Positions 9,254 to 18,903 of a DNA stretch of 64,000 nt are shown here, in pieces. Each line of letters opens with the position of its first letter. The first letter of the stretch is position 1. Under the pieces are notes generated by a model. The model was not told where the DNA came from. It saw only the letters and a list, made by a program, of their open reading frames with translations, and made no database searches. The stretch is from a virus, in IMG/VR virus record IMGVR_UViG_3300028966_000062. One strand, 5' to 3'. Both the position numbers and the translations under genes were made by a program.

Positions 9254-9448
9254 ATGATTATCCAAAATTGCGGATGGGATCATTCAGTGGACGAAGTTAA
9301 GGAAGCTCTTGATACACTTTCATATTGGTTAAGAGAAGGTGTGACAGTTGGTATTTTTAATGAAGAAACCAACAAATGTGAGTTACTAAAACCTTTTGAT
9401 TCAGAAAAAGCTTTTATTTTGGGGGCATTAACTTATGACGGCACGTGA
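9254..9448 (+). CDS. hypothetical protein (64 aa)
   Basis: ATG 9254 after AAGGGAGTGAGAG. Confidence 0.4.
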   Translation: MIIQNCGWDHSVDEVKEALDTLSYWLREGVTVGIFNEETNKCELLKPFDSEKAFILGALTYDGT

Positions 9449-9752
9449 GATTGCAAGAGATTTTCTTTCTAAAATGAATCCTTCTGGATGGAATGGACGT
9501 GGATACAAACCGGATACATTTAATGATAAAGATCAGATTAAATATCATGTAGATGGTCACCCTGAAATTGATGTGGATGTTTATTATGAATATGATGCTG
9601 GCGATAATAGCTGGTGGCATTTTTGTGATGCACGTTACAATGCTTCTGGCGATAAAATTCTTGGTGTGTGTAATCCTAATGTTTGGTCTATTGATGCGAT
9701 TGAAGAATCTGCTAAATATTTATTTAGCAAAATGAATATTGAAATTAAATAA
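9435..9752 (+). CDS. hypothetical protein (105 aa)
   Basis: ORF. Confidence 0.5.
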   Translation: MTAREIARDFLSKMNPSGWNGRGYKPDTFNDKDQIKYHVDGHPEIDVDVYYEYDAGDNSWWHFCDARYNASGDKILGVCNPNVWSIDAIEESAKYLFSKMNIEIK

Positions 9753-9769
9753 AATCGAGGTTTTAGAAA

Positions 9770-9973
9770 ATGGAACGAACTATGAATGATAAACTCATGG
9801 AAGCAGCACAGGTTCTTATTGAAAATGGAATGAGTGCGGATGATGCGTATGTTGCTTTGCAGGCGCAGTGTTATATCCTTTTGGATATTGAGATCGACGA
9901 TTATCTCACAGATGAAGATTATGAAGAACTCGAAGATTTTGAAAAGAAACTGAGTGAGACAGAGGAGAAATGA
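9770..9973 (+). CDS. hypothetical acidic protein (67 aa)
   Basis: ORF. Confidence 0.4.
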   Translation: MERTMNDKLMEAAQVLIENGMSADDAYVALQAQCYILLDIEIDDYLTDEDYEELEDFEKKLSETEEK

Positions 9974-10182
9974 TTATGAATATCAACGAAATTCGTTACT
10001 TTGAACGTAAGATGACCGACAGTGCATTTGATGATGCTGTGAAGTACGATCCAGCGATTGCAGTTCGTGCAAAGCGAGCATGGGTTATAAAAATACAAGG
10101 GCTGATTTCGTTCCGGGAGTACATTTCTTGCTTGCAAGATATTACCGGCAACGCACGAATCTTTTGGAAGTATCAGTTTTAA
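9970..10182 (+). CDS. hypothetical protein (70 aa)
   Basis: SD GAGGAGAAATGATTATG. Confidence 0.4.
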   Translation: MIMNINEIRYFERKMTDSAFDDAVKYDPAIAVRAKRAWVIKIQGLISFREYISCLQDITGNARIFWKYQF

Positions 10183-10196
10183 GAGGAGGAAACAAA

Positions 10197-10457
10197 ATGT
10201 TTTTGCTTATCAATATTTATATTGCAAAAGGTGAGAATTCATTTCTCCCAGAAGTTGTTTATAAAAAGGGTTTTAATACGATTCTTGAGGCGGAAAATGA
10301 AATGAACAAACAAGTGGACGATATTCTTGTAAATCATTATTGTAAATATTATAAAGATGAAAACGGTGAACAGAATTTTAGTGTTTTGCGATTAAAAGGT
10401 GATATTCGTATTGATGCTTGTGACGTATACGACTGGTGGAAAATCGTAGAGATTTGA
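10197..10457 (+). CDS. hypothetical protein (86 aa)
   Basis: ATG 10197 after GAGGAGGAAAC; track ORF 10080 N-terminal extension likely spurious. Confidence 0.45.
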   Translation: MFLLINIYIAKGENSFLPEVVYKKGFNTILEAENEMNKQVDDILVNHYCKYYKDENGEQNFSVLRLKGDIRIDACDVYDWWKIVEI

Positions 10458-10486
10458 TAAAACAGTTCTTCTAAGGAGATAGTAAT

Positions 10487-10738
10487 ATGAATGAAAAGAG
10501 TTTTGAAATTGACACGCCTATTGGAAAACTGGTTGCTGAAGCTGGTGGAGATTATAAAGATTATCCAGGAATTTACATTTATCTTCAGAGGGAAGATGGC
10601 GTTCAAATTGATTTGTCTTGTACGGAAATTGATAAAGAAACTGGCGAAGGCAGAGTCTTTGTCTGGGAAAATACGTCTATAGATGAATACACCAAGATGA
10701 TGCGATGGACTAAAGAACAACTTATGATTAAAGAGTGA
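10487..10738 (+). CDS. hypothetical protein (83 aa)
   Basis: SD TAAGGAGATAG. Confidence 0.5.
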   Translation: MNEKSFEIDTPIGKLVAEAGGDYKDYPGIYIYLQREDGVQIDLSCTEIDKETGEGRVFVWENTSIDEYTKMMRWTKEQLMIKE

Positions 10739-10757
10739 GTGTAGGGAGTAAACAAAA

Positions 10758-12065
10758 ATGACTACTAATAATCCTATGACCGTAATAACCTCTAAGCCCT
10801 TTGGTGTACTGAATGTGGATGTGTACCAGAATGACAAGCATCAGTATTACATGACTCGTGAACAAATTGGTGCAGCGCTAGAGTACAATAATCCTAATAA
10901 GGCAATTCAAAACATCCATGTTAAGAATACGGATCGTCTTGACCCTCTTTCAACATTCCTCAAACTGAGGAAAGTTGAGGGCGGAATCACGAAGGAACGT
11001 GAATATATTGTTTACAGTTTGCGTGGTGTTATGGAAATCTGCCGTCTGTCACGTCAGCCGAAAGCAGATGCGTTCATGGATTTCTGCTGGGACATCATGG
11101 AATCCTTGATGCGTGGTGACACCGTTCTGGCTACGCCTCAGATGGATGCTGCACTGAGTAAGGAGTTCATTGATGTAAGACTTCACGCTCTGTTTGATAG
11201 CATGAAGAACCTTCAGAGTGAACTTGATTCCACTCGCAAGGAGCTCAGTGACCAAATTGAGGAAGCTCGTGCTACTAGCAACGAAGCACTGAATGTAATC
11301 AGCAGCGTGTCTCAGAGTGTCCATCAGATTAAGGATAAGCAGATGGATAATTCGATTCGTGCTAAGAGCTATACTCCTCGCAATGTGTTTCGGGATGAAA
11401 TGAGTGACTGGCGTAAAGATTTGTATAGCAAGATTGGTGTGATTGCAAATACTAAAGGTTACACAAATAAAGAAACGCTTCACAAGATCTATGAATATCT
11501 GAATCGTAATTATGGTTTTGTTTTGGAAGATGCTCGTGCAAAGTATATTAAGAGAACGAATCGTAGTGGAAAAATTTCAACAATCGACATTATCGAAGAG
11601 GATTCCACTTGGAAATCTATCATGGAGGCTGTTGTTGCAGATATGTACGTAGCATCTATCGAGCGTCTGCATCAGAATCAGAATGAACTTCGTCCGACTC
11701 CAAAGGCTGTCGAAGCAGTTTCTGAAACAAATATGAACGTTACTCCTGTGATTGATGTGGTAGCTAAAGAAGTCGTTAACAAAAAACTTAAGAACAAGAA
11801 ACAGAGTGAGACGGCGAAGATCCTTTTTCCAATCATGATGCCTCTGGCGGAAAAACTTGGTGACAAGCCACAATATAAGCACACTTACACTCTGATTTAT
11901 GAGCGTATTGGCTATAAGAAAATGAATAATTTGTTTGTGGCTTACGAAAAGGCACACGGTAAGGCACCGCATCCGAAGACTAAGGTGTTTATCGAAAATG
12001 AAAAGAATCTCGCGCTATTTAAGAAGACTGTGAAGCAGCTGATGAAAGGACAGGAGAATAAGTAA
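10758..12065 (+). CDS. Bro-N domain-like protein (antirepressor-like), 435 aa
   Basis: N-terminal ~120 aa pattern FGVLNVDV...REQIGAALEY...AI...YIVYSLRGVMEIC resembles Bro-N/KilA-N DNA-binding modules (inference from motif memory). Confidence 0.45.
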   Translation: MTTNNPMTVITSKPFGVLNVDVYQNDKHQYYMTREQIGAALEYNNPNKAIQNIHVKNTDRLDPLSTFLKLRKVEGGITKEREYIVYSLRGVMEICRLSRQPKADAFMDFCWDIMESLMRGDTVLATPQMDAALSKEFIDVRLHALFDSMKNLQSELDSTRKELSDQIEEARATSNEALNVISSVSQSVHQIKDKQMDNSIRAKSYTPRNVFRDEMSDWRKDLYSKIGVIANTKGYTNKETLHKIYEYLNRNYGFVLEDARAKYIKRTNRSGKISTIDIIEEDSTWKSIMEAVVADMYVASIERLHQNQNELRPTPKAVEAVSETNMNVTPVIDVVAKEVVNKKLKNKKQSETAKILFPIMMPLAEKLGDKPQYKHTYTLIYERIGYKKMNNLFVAYEKAHGKAPHPKTKVFIENEKNLALFKKTVKQLMKGQENK

Positions 12066-12689
12066 ATGTATGTAATCTCGAATGGTCATAACTATATTAT
12101 GAAACGGAAGGGAGGTCGAATCTGCGCCACCTGTGATATCAATCTGGCATTGCAGTTTAAATCAAAGGGGCTGGCAATCTGTGAAATCAATAAGCTTCCC
12201 GCTGGGTATAAGAACGGACGCTATGCACCAAAATCTATGGATGAAGCTACCATCGCAGGCAAGAGTCCGAATATAACGGCTCCGGCTGTAAAGCCAAATA
12301 CATACGCATTTCACATGGAAGATTCTGAATGGCTGATAGAGTTGAAGAAAAATCTTGAGGTCACAGACAAAACAATGACCAGCCTCGATGATTTATATGC
12401 CAAAGTCTACAGTGATTTAACTGCGGCTAGCGATGAGATTGCCGATATTGAACACGCAATTGAGTTCAAAACAGTGAATGCAGCGCAAGGTTATCAGCTT
12501 ATGGCGGAACTTAAAAGAGCTCGCCGGAAGCGCAGAGAAGCTAAGGATGCAAAGCTTCTGCTTGAGATTGTGATGGACCATCGAAATAATGATGATTGGG
12601 GCCATGGTCGGCTTGGGGCTGCTATTGAACAGCTTGACTCGCGTCAGTTTACTCCGAAGGTTCGTAACGATCTGTTTGAAAAGAATTGA
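12066..12689 (+). CDS. hypothetical protein (207 aa)
   Basis: ORF abutting upstream stop. Confidence 0.5.
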   Translation: MYVISNGHNYIMKRKGGRICATCDINLALQFKSKGLAICEINKLPAGYKNGRYAPKSMDEATIAGKSPNITAPAVKPNTYAFHMEDSEWLIELKKNLEVTDKTMTSLDDLYAKVYSDLTAASDEIADIEHAIEFKTVNAAQGYQLMAELKRARRKRREAKDAKLLLEIVMDHRNNDDWGHGRLGAAIEQLDSRQFTPKVRNDLFEKN

Positions 12690-12700
12690 GGTATATAAAA

Positions 12701-12838
12701 ATGACGATTCATATTTTACACGAATGTATCGACTCTAGCGATTTTTACGCAGAAGGTAATATTATTACCATTAACAAAGATAAAGAGAAGTTGTCTGAAA
12801 AGATGTTCTTGCTTTATAAGGACTGCCGGGATTCGTAA
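12701..12838 (+). CDS. small hypothetical protein (45 aa)
   Basis: ATG 12701; weak SD. Confidence 0.25.
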   Translation: MTIHILHECIDSSDFYAEGNIITINKDKEKLSEKMFLLYKDCRDS

Positions 12839-12958
12839 GGAAATAGTGTGAAACAGGACGAAACGTGGTGTGATTCATGTAAGGTGTCCGTTGTTAGTGG
12901 GAATTCTGGAAATTACTATCGACATCATTGGAAAATTGACAAGTTTGAGGTGTAAATT

Positions 12959-13183
12959 ATGATGGTATATGGAAACATAACGTGTAATCGCTGTGGCATT
13001 ACATGGTATGGTCCTAAATGTGGAAAGCTCTATTGTGATGAATGTCGTAAGATAATAAGAAATGAGGCATCCATTCGATGCAAGAATAAAAAGAAACATA
13101 AACCAACATTTGTTGAGATTGCAAGAATGGCAGATGCTAAAGGATTATCTTACGGTAAGTATTGCTTGAAGTATGGAATTTGA
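12959..13183 (+). CDS. zinc-ribbon protein (CxxC...CxxC)
   Basis: CNRCG...CGKLYCDEC motif. Confidence 0.45.
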   Translation: MMVYGNITCNRCGITWYGPKCGKLYCDECRKIIRNEASIRCKNKKKHKPTFVEIARMADAKGLSYGKYCLKYGI

Positions 13184-13193
13184 GGTGAATGTG

Positions 13194-14012
13194 ATGAGTG
13201 CAGTTGTTGAAAGAAAAGAAGAACAGATATCTAAATTGATTTATTTTAATCCGAAACCTTCTGTTCCGGCTAAAAAACGTGGTGTTACAAAAAGTAAGCA
13301 GAAGCGTAAGCGTAATATTTCTCCAATTAGAAGCTTGGATGATGTTCAAATGATTTCGGAATACTTCTGGGATAAAAAGCAATATCGCAATTGGTGTCTA
13401 TTTAACGTAGGTATCGCAACCGGGTTACGTGCTAGTGATTTACTCAAATTGAAAGTTTCCGATATGTCTTATTGCCTTTATAATGGAAAAATTGAAGTGG
13501 TTGAAGACGCTGGAGTGTGTATCGTTGAAGAAAAAACGTCCAAGTATCGAGAAATCATCCTTACTCCAGAAGCGAGGGATATTGTTGAAACATATATTAA
13601 GATTGCGAAACTTGGATATGACGATTGGATGTTTCCGTCTCGGCAGGGGAGCTGGAAAAAGTCGTTGAGGACAAATGGTGGAGATGGAAAAACTGGTATT
13701 CCTCATCTTGCAGAACCCAAAAAGGCCGGTGATCCTATTGATGTTGATTCTTTTGCTCGTATTCTTCGTAACGCTGGCAAAGATTTGGGTCTTAATTATA
13801 AGATTGCATCTCATTCTTGCCGTAAGACATTTGGTTATCGTGAGATGTGTCTTAATAAGGATGATAACCAGGCATTGTCTTGGATTCAGGGTCAGTTGAA
13901 TCATAGTAGTCAGGATATTACATTACGGTACGTTGGTTTTGATGAGGATAAGGCAAAAGAATATTATAAGAAGACTTTTTATGGTGTGAATACACACAGC
14001 TTGGAAGACTGA
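13194..14012 (+). CDS. tyrosine site-specific recombinase (phage integrase family)
   Basis: TGLRASDLL (box I Arg), HSCRKTFGY (HxxR), LNHSSQDITLRYV (His...Tyr) motifs; ATG 13194 after GAGGTG. Confidence 0.75.
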   Translation: MSAVVERKEEQISKLIYFNPKPSVPAKKRGVTKSKQKRKRNISPIRSLDDVQMISEYFWDKKQYRNWCLFNVGIATGLRASDLLKLKVSDMSYCLYNGKIEVVEDAGVCIVEEKTSKYREIILTPEARDIVETYIKIAKLGYDDWMFPSRQGSWKKSLRTNGGDGKTGIPHLAEPKKAGDPIDVDSFARILRNAGKDLGLNYKIASHSCRKTFGYREMCLNKDDNQALSWIQGQLNHSSQDITLRYVGFDEDKAKEYYKKTFYGVNTHSLED

Positions 14013-14020
14013 GGTGTGTT

Positions 14021-14704
14021 ATGGCTGATACTTATATTAAAATCTGGGATACTTACGAGAGCTACTTTGAACCCCTTAGTGCTGCCGAGGTGGGGCGTCT
14101 GGTACTGGCGATGATGAAATATAAATCGTCTGGAACGGAGCCTGAACTCAACGGAAATGAGCGGTATGTGTGGCCTGCCGTGAAGAGAGATTTGGATAAA
14201 GATGCCGAATACATCGAAGGTAAGAGGATTTCTGGTAAAGCTGGTGGCTCATCAAGCAAGCGTAAGCAAAGCGAAGCAAGCGCAAGCAAAACCAAGCTAG
14301 AAAAAGAAGAAGAGAAAGAAAAAGATAAGATATCGTCTTCGTCTTGTGATGAGACGACAACGACGAAATCTGTCGAGGATGTTTTTCGAGAGAATATTGG
14401 GAAGCTCAGTGCTACAGGAAAGAAGGCTTTGGCAGAATATGTTGAACGCATGGGTGATAAACTCGTACTTGCTGTAATTGGAAAGTGTTCTGATCTGGGC
14501 GGTAATACATGGGCTTATGTGCGAAAAGCACTGGACGAAGCTGAATCTCTTGGCTGCAAGACAGCTGATGATTACCGCCGGGTGTGTCCGATTGGTTGTG
14601 GTCGCAATACAAGAGTGGATAGACAAGCCCCTAGTGGAAACGATTGGTTAAAAAACGCAACGAAACGTCGTCCGTTGGTTAAAAGAGAATTGGAAACAGC
14701 ATAA
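14021..14704 (+). CDS. hypothetical protein with K/E/S-rich low-complexity linker; weak resemblance to phage replisome-organizer N-terminal domains
   Basis: YIKIWDTYESYFEPLSAAEVGRLVLAMM N-terminus; low-complexity middle. Confidence 0.5.
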   Translation: MADTYIKIWDTYESYFEPLSAAEVGRLVLAMMKYKSSGTEPELNGNERYVWPAVKRDLDKDAEYIEGKRISGKAGGSSSKRKQSEASASKTKLEKEEEKEKDKISSSSCDETTTTKSVEDVFRENIGKLSATGKKALAEYVERMGDKLVLAVIGKCSDLGGNTWAYVRKALDEAESLGCKTADDYRRVCPIGCGRNTRVDRQAPSGNDWLKNATKRRPLVKRELETA

Positions 14705-14719
14705 ATGGAGGTTTAAAAT

Positions 14720-15121
14720 ATGGGACTGTTACTTGGTTTGGGTCTGCTTGGAGCAGCGTTTGGTATTGATGCGGCAAAGCAAGCACCATTTAACAGGGCG
14801 TATCGTCGTCTTGAAAATGATTGGGGCATTTGCACATCGGAAGAGAGTAAACGGTGCGATGCTCTAAAGTATGCGGTACAGAATGGTTTGTGTTTCGAGG
14901 ATGAGAAAAAACCTGTGATTGAGTGGCAGAAGCTGAGAGATCTTCAGTGGAAGTATCAGTTGGCTGGTATTTCTTGGCCGAGAGAATCTGCGATTCGGGA
15001 TGTGTGCCGTCTGGCGGCTCGTGACCGTGGATTTGAATACAAGGGATATCTTCGTAATACATTGACATTTGGCTACATTACTGATCCGAAAAACATTTGC
15101 AAGCTTGGTATTGTAGATTGA
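14720..15121 (+). CDS. hypothetical protein with N-terminal hydrophobic segment (133 aa)
   Basis: MGLLLGLGLLGAAFG signal/TM-like N-terminus. Confidence 0.5.
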   Translation: MGLLLGLGLLGAAFGIDAAKQAPFNRAYRRLENDWGICTSEESKRCDALKYAVQNGLCFEDEKKPVIEWQKLRDLQWKYQLAGISWPRESAIRDVCRLAARDRGFEYKGYLRNTLTFGYITDPKNICKLGIVD

Positions 15122-15135
15122 GAGGAGATTTGAAA

Positions 15136-15441
15136 ATGAATAACACTCGTAGAAAAGCTATAAAACAGACCATTGACCGCTTTGATTCCATCCGTAAGAA
15201 GCTGGAAGAACTTGTATCTGAGGTCGAAAGTGTAAAATCCGATGTTGAGGATATCCAATGGGAAGAAGAAGAGTATCGTGATAACATGCCGGAGAATTTG
15301 CAGGGGAGTGAGCGGTACGATAAAGCAGATAATGCTTGCACGAATCTGTCTGATACTGTGGATGCTCTGGATGATATGATTGGTGCTCTGGATTTTGACT
15401 TTGGTGATGTGACTACCTCTCTGGAGGAAGCGATGGAATGA
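15136..15441 (+). CDS. hypothetical coiled-coil protein (101 aa)
   Basis: ATG 15136 after GAGGAG. Confidence 0.45.
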   Translation: MNNTRRKAIKQTIDRFDSIRKKLEELVSEVESVKSDVEDIQWEEEEYRDNMPENLQGSERYDKADNACTNLSDTVDALDDMIGALDFDFGDVTTSLEEAME

Positions 15442-15626
15442 TTGGTGTTTCAAATCCGCTAAGGAGAAGCGCTTGGGCCGTATTTTTGTACAGAGGCAAG
15501 CAAGTTGCTTCGTATATTTTACGAGAAAGCAATCTTGGTGACAAGGAACGTATGGTAGAGCTGTTGGCACGAAGGTACATGACAGAGCCTGAGAATATTG
15601 TTGTAGATATTGAATTTAGAGATTGA
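15438..15626 (+). CDS. hypothetical protein (62 aa)
   Basis: ATGA overlap. Confidence 0.35.
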   Translation: MIGVSNPLRRSAWAVFLYRGKQVASYILRESNLGDKERMVELLARRYMTEPENIVVDIEFRD

Positions 15627-15727
15627 GGTAATATGGAATGACCGCGTTTGTAATGTTTATTTTGAATGTGGCACTGATAACAACAGTGGATAACAATCCG
15701 TTTGCGTTTTGATTGAGAGGTGTGGAT

Positions 15728-15916
15728 ATGAGTATGTTGCAAGAAGAGTATAATTTGACGGATGAAGAACTTAAACAGTTGCTTTATGATATTCGACGTC
15801 CGAGTATGGAAGCTGCTATACGTCGTGAAAAGACGTACAAAACATATTTATCGAATGTAGATATTGAATATGATGGTGAATCAGAAGTGGTTGATTTTAA
15901 AGACTTGGATATTTGA
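15728..15916 (+). CDS. hypothetical protein (62 aa)
   Basis: ATG 15728 after GAGAGGTG. Confidence 0.4.
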   Translation: MSMLQEEYNLTDEELKQLLYDIRRPSMEAAIRREKTYKTYLSNVDIEYDGESEVVDFKDLDI

Positions 15917-15930
15917 CTGGAGGTGCAAAT

Positions 15931-16188
15931 ATGAATATTCTGAGTTTTAATGGAAATGAAAATCCAAAAGATACGGATGGTGATGCCGTTGTCAAGTTAA
16001 GTTATCAGGAACTGTTTAAGTTAAATAATATTTTGTATCACGCTCAAAAAGGCGGTGAGATAAAGGACGTAGTGGACTTTAATATTCGAAGGAATTTTTA
16101 CATGGCGCTTAATTTGGTTCAATATGGTAGTCTGGATTCTGTTTCGCTAGAAATTATGTTAAAACTTTATGAAAACAATAAAACCTAA
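15931..16188 (+). CDS. hypothetical protein (85 aa)
   Basis: ATG 15931 after GGAGGTG. Confidence 0.4.
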   Translation: MNILSFNGNENPKDTDGDAVVKLSYQELFKLNNILYHAQKGGEIKDVVDFNIRRNFYMALNLVQYGSLDSVSLEIMLKLYENNKT

Positions 16189-16212
16189 ATTCTGTGGATG
16201 GAGGAGATGGAC

Positions 16213-16458
16213 ATGAGCAGTAAGAAAGAAAAAGAACTGCGAGCTGGTGTTATGAGAATTGTCAGCTGGTTAGATAATAATTGGCGCTGGATTCATACCA
16301 ATGATTTTGAAAATGAAGAAAAGGCGATGGACGCAGTAGAAGTGTACCATACGGTCTTAAATACTATCGAGATGCTTGGTGGTGATTGGCAGCGTGACGA
16401 GAATGGTAGGCATAATGTGTTTATCGTTGGAGTTGGCGGGAAAGCGGAATCGGAATAA
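16213..16458 (+). CDS. hypothetical protein (81 aa)
   Basis: ATG 16213 after GGAGGAG. Confidence 0.4.
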   Translation: MSSKKEKELRAGVMRIVSWLDNNWRWIHTNDFENEEKAMDAVEVYHTVLNTIEMLGGDWQRDENGRHNVFIVGVGGKAESE

Positions 16459-16492
16459 AAATCCGGGTTCTTATGAAATTACTGAAAAAAGC

Positions 16493-16521
16493 TTGACGAT
16501 AACTGGTTATGCTGTTATGCT
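16493..16521 (+). promoter_or_regulatory. sigma70-like promoter TTGACG-17-TATGCT with GTTATGC direct/inverted repeats (operator-like)
   Basis: GGTTATGCTGTTATGCTTTGCATAACC dyad overlaps -10. Confidence 0.4.
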
Positions 16522-16564
16522 TTGCATAACCACAGAATGCGCAAACATGGAATGAGGTGGACTT

Positions 16565-16864
16565 ATGAATTTACAAGGACTTGAAAATAAAAAATGGGAC
16601 TTTAATAAACAAGAGGAACTAGCTATCTCTTGGCTATTAAAACATGGCTTTGAGGTGAAATTGAAAAAACAGTATACATCAAAGGATATTTATACGGTAA
16701 CAAAAGATGGTATTTTAGATGAATTTATCTTTCCGAATAACCAGAAGAACATGAACGTTCGGGCTTTTATGGAAAGATATGAGAAAAATTTTGAAACAAA
16801 GAAAGAACTCATAAAATTAAGAGCAGAGGCATCGGATAATGGTTTGATTAAAGAACGTAGTTGA
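16565..16864 (+). CDS. hypothetical protein (99 aa)
   Basis: SD GAGGTGG. Confidence 0.5.
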   Translation: MNLQGLENKKWDFNKQEELAISWLLKHGFEVKLKKQYTSKDIYTVTKDGILDEFIFPNNQKNMNVRAFMERYEKNFETKKELIKLRAEASDNGLIKERS

Positions 16865-16895
16865 TGTGATAAAAGTTAAGTTCTAGGAGGATTCT

Positions 16896-17111
16896 ATGAA
16901 ATTCTATGTAATTAAAACCACAAAAAATGGTATTGAGTACAAAAAATATAAATGTATAGATGGATGGACAAAAGATAAAACGGCAAGTTGGCAATTTTCA
17001 AAACAAGGAGCGGAAAGGATCGCTAAAAGATTAAATGATTCTGTAAAAGGACACGAGCATGAAATTCATTATAATGTGTTAGCTGCTAAAAATGATTTGG
17101 ATAACTTTTGA
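16896..17111 (+). CDS. hypothetical protein (71 aa)
   Basis: SD TAGGAGG. Confidence 0.45.
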   Translation: MKFYVIKTTKNGIEYKKYKCIDGWTKDKTASWQFSKQGAERIAKRLNDSVKGHEHEIHYNVLAAKNDLDNF

Positions 17112-17158
17112 GTGAAAAGGTATGTCTAATAAATGCTGAGATTTAGGGAGACATAGTT

Positions 17159-17389
17159 ATGAGTGAATATAAATTAAAGCCGTGTCCTTTTTGTGGTGGA
17201 GAAGTTACCGTTGCAGAGGGCAGTTATCGCCAAACACGATGGACGTATGTTACGAGAGGAAACAAAGAAAATAGGTGCAACTGCCATGTTTTCATGGAAA
17301 GCAAAACTTACTACTTTGATTCCTCTGAAAAAGACAAGGAAAGAATCAAAGCCGACCTTATCGAAGCGTGGAATAAGCGAGTCGAATAA
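17159..17389 (+). CDS. zinc-ribbon protein (76 aa)
   Basis: CPFCGG...CNCH motif; SD TAGGGAG. Confidence 0.45.
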   Translation: MSEYKLKPCPFCGGEVTVAEGSYRQTRWTYVTRGNKENRCNCHVFMESKTYYFDSSEKDKERIKADLIEAWNKRVE

Positions 17390-17417
17390 AAACTAAGATT
17401 TAATGGAGGAAAATATT

Positions 17418-17621
17418 ATGAGCGAAACAAATCATGAAAAGAACAAACATGAAGTGACTCGACTTGACGCAATTAGAAAGATAGACATTATGGGGCTTGA
17501 AAAGTTTCTTGAGAACATTCAGAAGTATCCAGACCGTTATCCCAAGAATAAATTTGAATGGATTGTATGGTTACAGGAACCAGTTGAAGATAGAGTACAT
17601 TTTGATAATAAGGTGTTTTAA
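17418..17621 (+). CDS. hypothetical protein (67 aa)
   Basis: ATG 17418 after AATGGAGG. Confidence 0.4.
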   Translation: MSETNHEKNKHEVTRLDAIRKIDIMGLEKFLENIQKYPDRYPKNKFEWIVWLQEPVEDRVHFDNKVF

Positions 17622-17622
17622 A

Positions 17623-17958
17623 ATGATTTATACCGTAACAATGATTGACTCGTTTAAGAACGAGCAGAATGCGAAATTTAGTTCGCCAGTGTCAAATACC
17701 AAAGGCATCTACTGGATGCCGGACGACAGTTGGATTGCTGGATTCTTTACAGATTTAGCAGAGGCTATTCGAGTTGTTAAGGAAAACGTGACTGACATCT
17801 TTGAACATTGTTACAACTACGCAGTCGTTGAAGGATACGAGGAAGGTCTGTATCCAAGACCAGAATTGACGAGGTGGTTTAAATATGATGCTGAGAGTGA
17901 CACAGCATTCGAGATTGAACCGCCGCTGCATAATAAGGTGGCCGGATATGCTTTTTGA
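17623..17958 (+). CDS. hypothetical protein (111 aa)
   Basis: ATG 17623 overlapping upstream stop; track ORF 17497 N-terminus spurious. Confidence 0.45.
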   Translation: MIYTVTMIDSFKNEQNAKFSSPVSNTKGIYWMPDDSWIAGFFTDLAEAIRVVKENVTDIFEHCYNYAVVEGYEEGLYPRPELTRWFKYDAESDTAFEIEPPLHNKVAGYAF

Positions 17959-17975
17959 AGAAGGAGAATAAGACT

Positions 17976-18131
17976 ATGAGTAGTGTACTTATTGATCGGA
18001 ACGCAGCTAAGAAGGTAGAATCCATCTTCGAGCATCCTGATAAGGTCTATTCGGTGTATTTGAAGGCCGGCGGAGATGTCGTTTGGCTGCAAGGTGAAAT
18101 TGAACTGTATGAATTTTTGCGCAGCTTATAA
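17976..18131 (+). CDS. small hypothetical protein (51 aa)
   Basis: ATG after GAAGGAGAA; below track cutoff. Confidence 0.4.
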   Translation: MSSVLIDRNAAKKVESIFEHPDKVYSVYLKAGGDVVWLQGEIELYEFLRSL

Positions 18132-18152
18132 AACCAATATTTTCGAAAGGAA

Positions 18153-18779
18153 GTGATTCTTATTAGCTCTAATTTGTTAATAAATCGTGAGCAAAATATT
18201 ACTATTATATGTATAATATGCCTGCTGACAGGGAGTCTGGTATCGAAGATCAGCCCAGGGATTCAGAATCGGAGTAATTCGTACCTTTATAATAGTAGTC
18301 CTCCGGCAGTAAGTATTGTACGGCAAGAAGAAAAGGAGCCAGAAGTCATTGTAGAAACCGTTATCGAGACGCGGGTAGTGAACTTCAGCCAGGGTAAACA
18401 CGAACTCACTGATGATGAGCGTGCTCTTGCCGAGCAGATTGTCGCCTGTGAAGCAGGTGCTGATAGCTTAGAAGGTCAGATGGCTGTCGCTCAATGTCTT
18501 TATGATTCTGCCGTACTTGATGGCCTGACCATCCAGCAGGTCTTCAGAAAGTATGGATACAGTACCTTATATAATAGGAAGGTGACGGCAGAGAACGAAT
18601 TGGCTGTGTCTATGGTGTTTGATTACGGCGCTAAAATTTCAGACAAACCAATTCAATGGTTTGTGACCCCGGCGGCAGCTTCCGGCAGTTGGCACGAGCG
18701 CGGAGCAACGTTCGCTGGACAATTTGGCGCACATAGGTTCTATTACAACGCGGAACTGGTTGTGGATGATGCCGAGTGA
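18153..18779 (+). CDS. cell wall hydrolase, SleB/Hydrolase_2-like, with N-terminal hydrophobic segment
   Basis: ERALAEQIVACEAGADSLEGQMAVAQCLYDS matches SleB-family core; N-terminal IICIICLLTGSLVS TM/SAR-like; start codon uncertain (GTG 18153). Confidence 0.55.
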   Translation: MILISSNLLINREQNITIICIICLLTGSLVSKISPGIQNRSNSYLYNSSPPAVSIVRQEEKEPEVIVETVIETRVVNFSQGKHELTDDERALAEQIVACEAGADSLEGQMAVAQCLYDSAVLDGLTIQQVFRKYGYSTLYNRKVTAENELAVSMVFDYGAKISDKPIQWFVTPAAASGSWHERGATFAGQFGAHRFYYNAELVVDDAE

Positions 18780-18833
18780 ATGGCATCATCTAAAATTTTA
18801 AACTTTTACAACAACAAAAAGATGTATAATATA

Positions 18834-18861
18834 TTGACTAAAACAAAAAGATGTGTATAAT
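18834..18861 (+). promoter_or_regulatory. strong sigma70-like promoter TTGACT-16-TATAAT, second of two tandem copies of AAAAAGATGTGTATAATATAT
   Basis: direct 21-nt repeats at 18816-18836 and 18846-18866 each carrying TATAAT. Confidence 0.5.
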
Positions 18862-18903
18862 ATATCTTGAAAGTTGTCTAAATGAGTGGAGGGCGGTGTT
18901 TTA

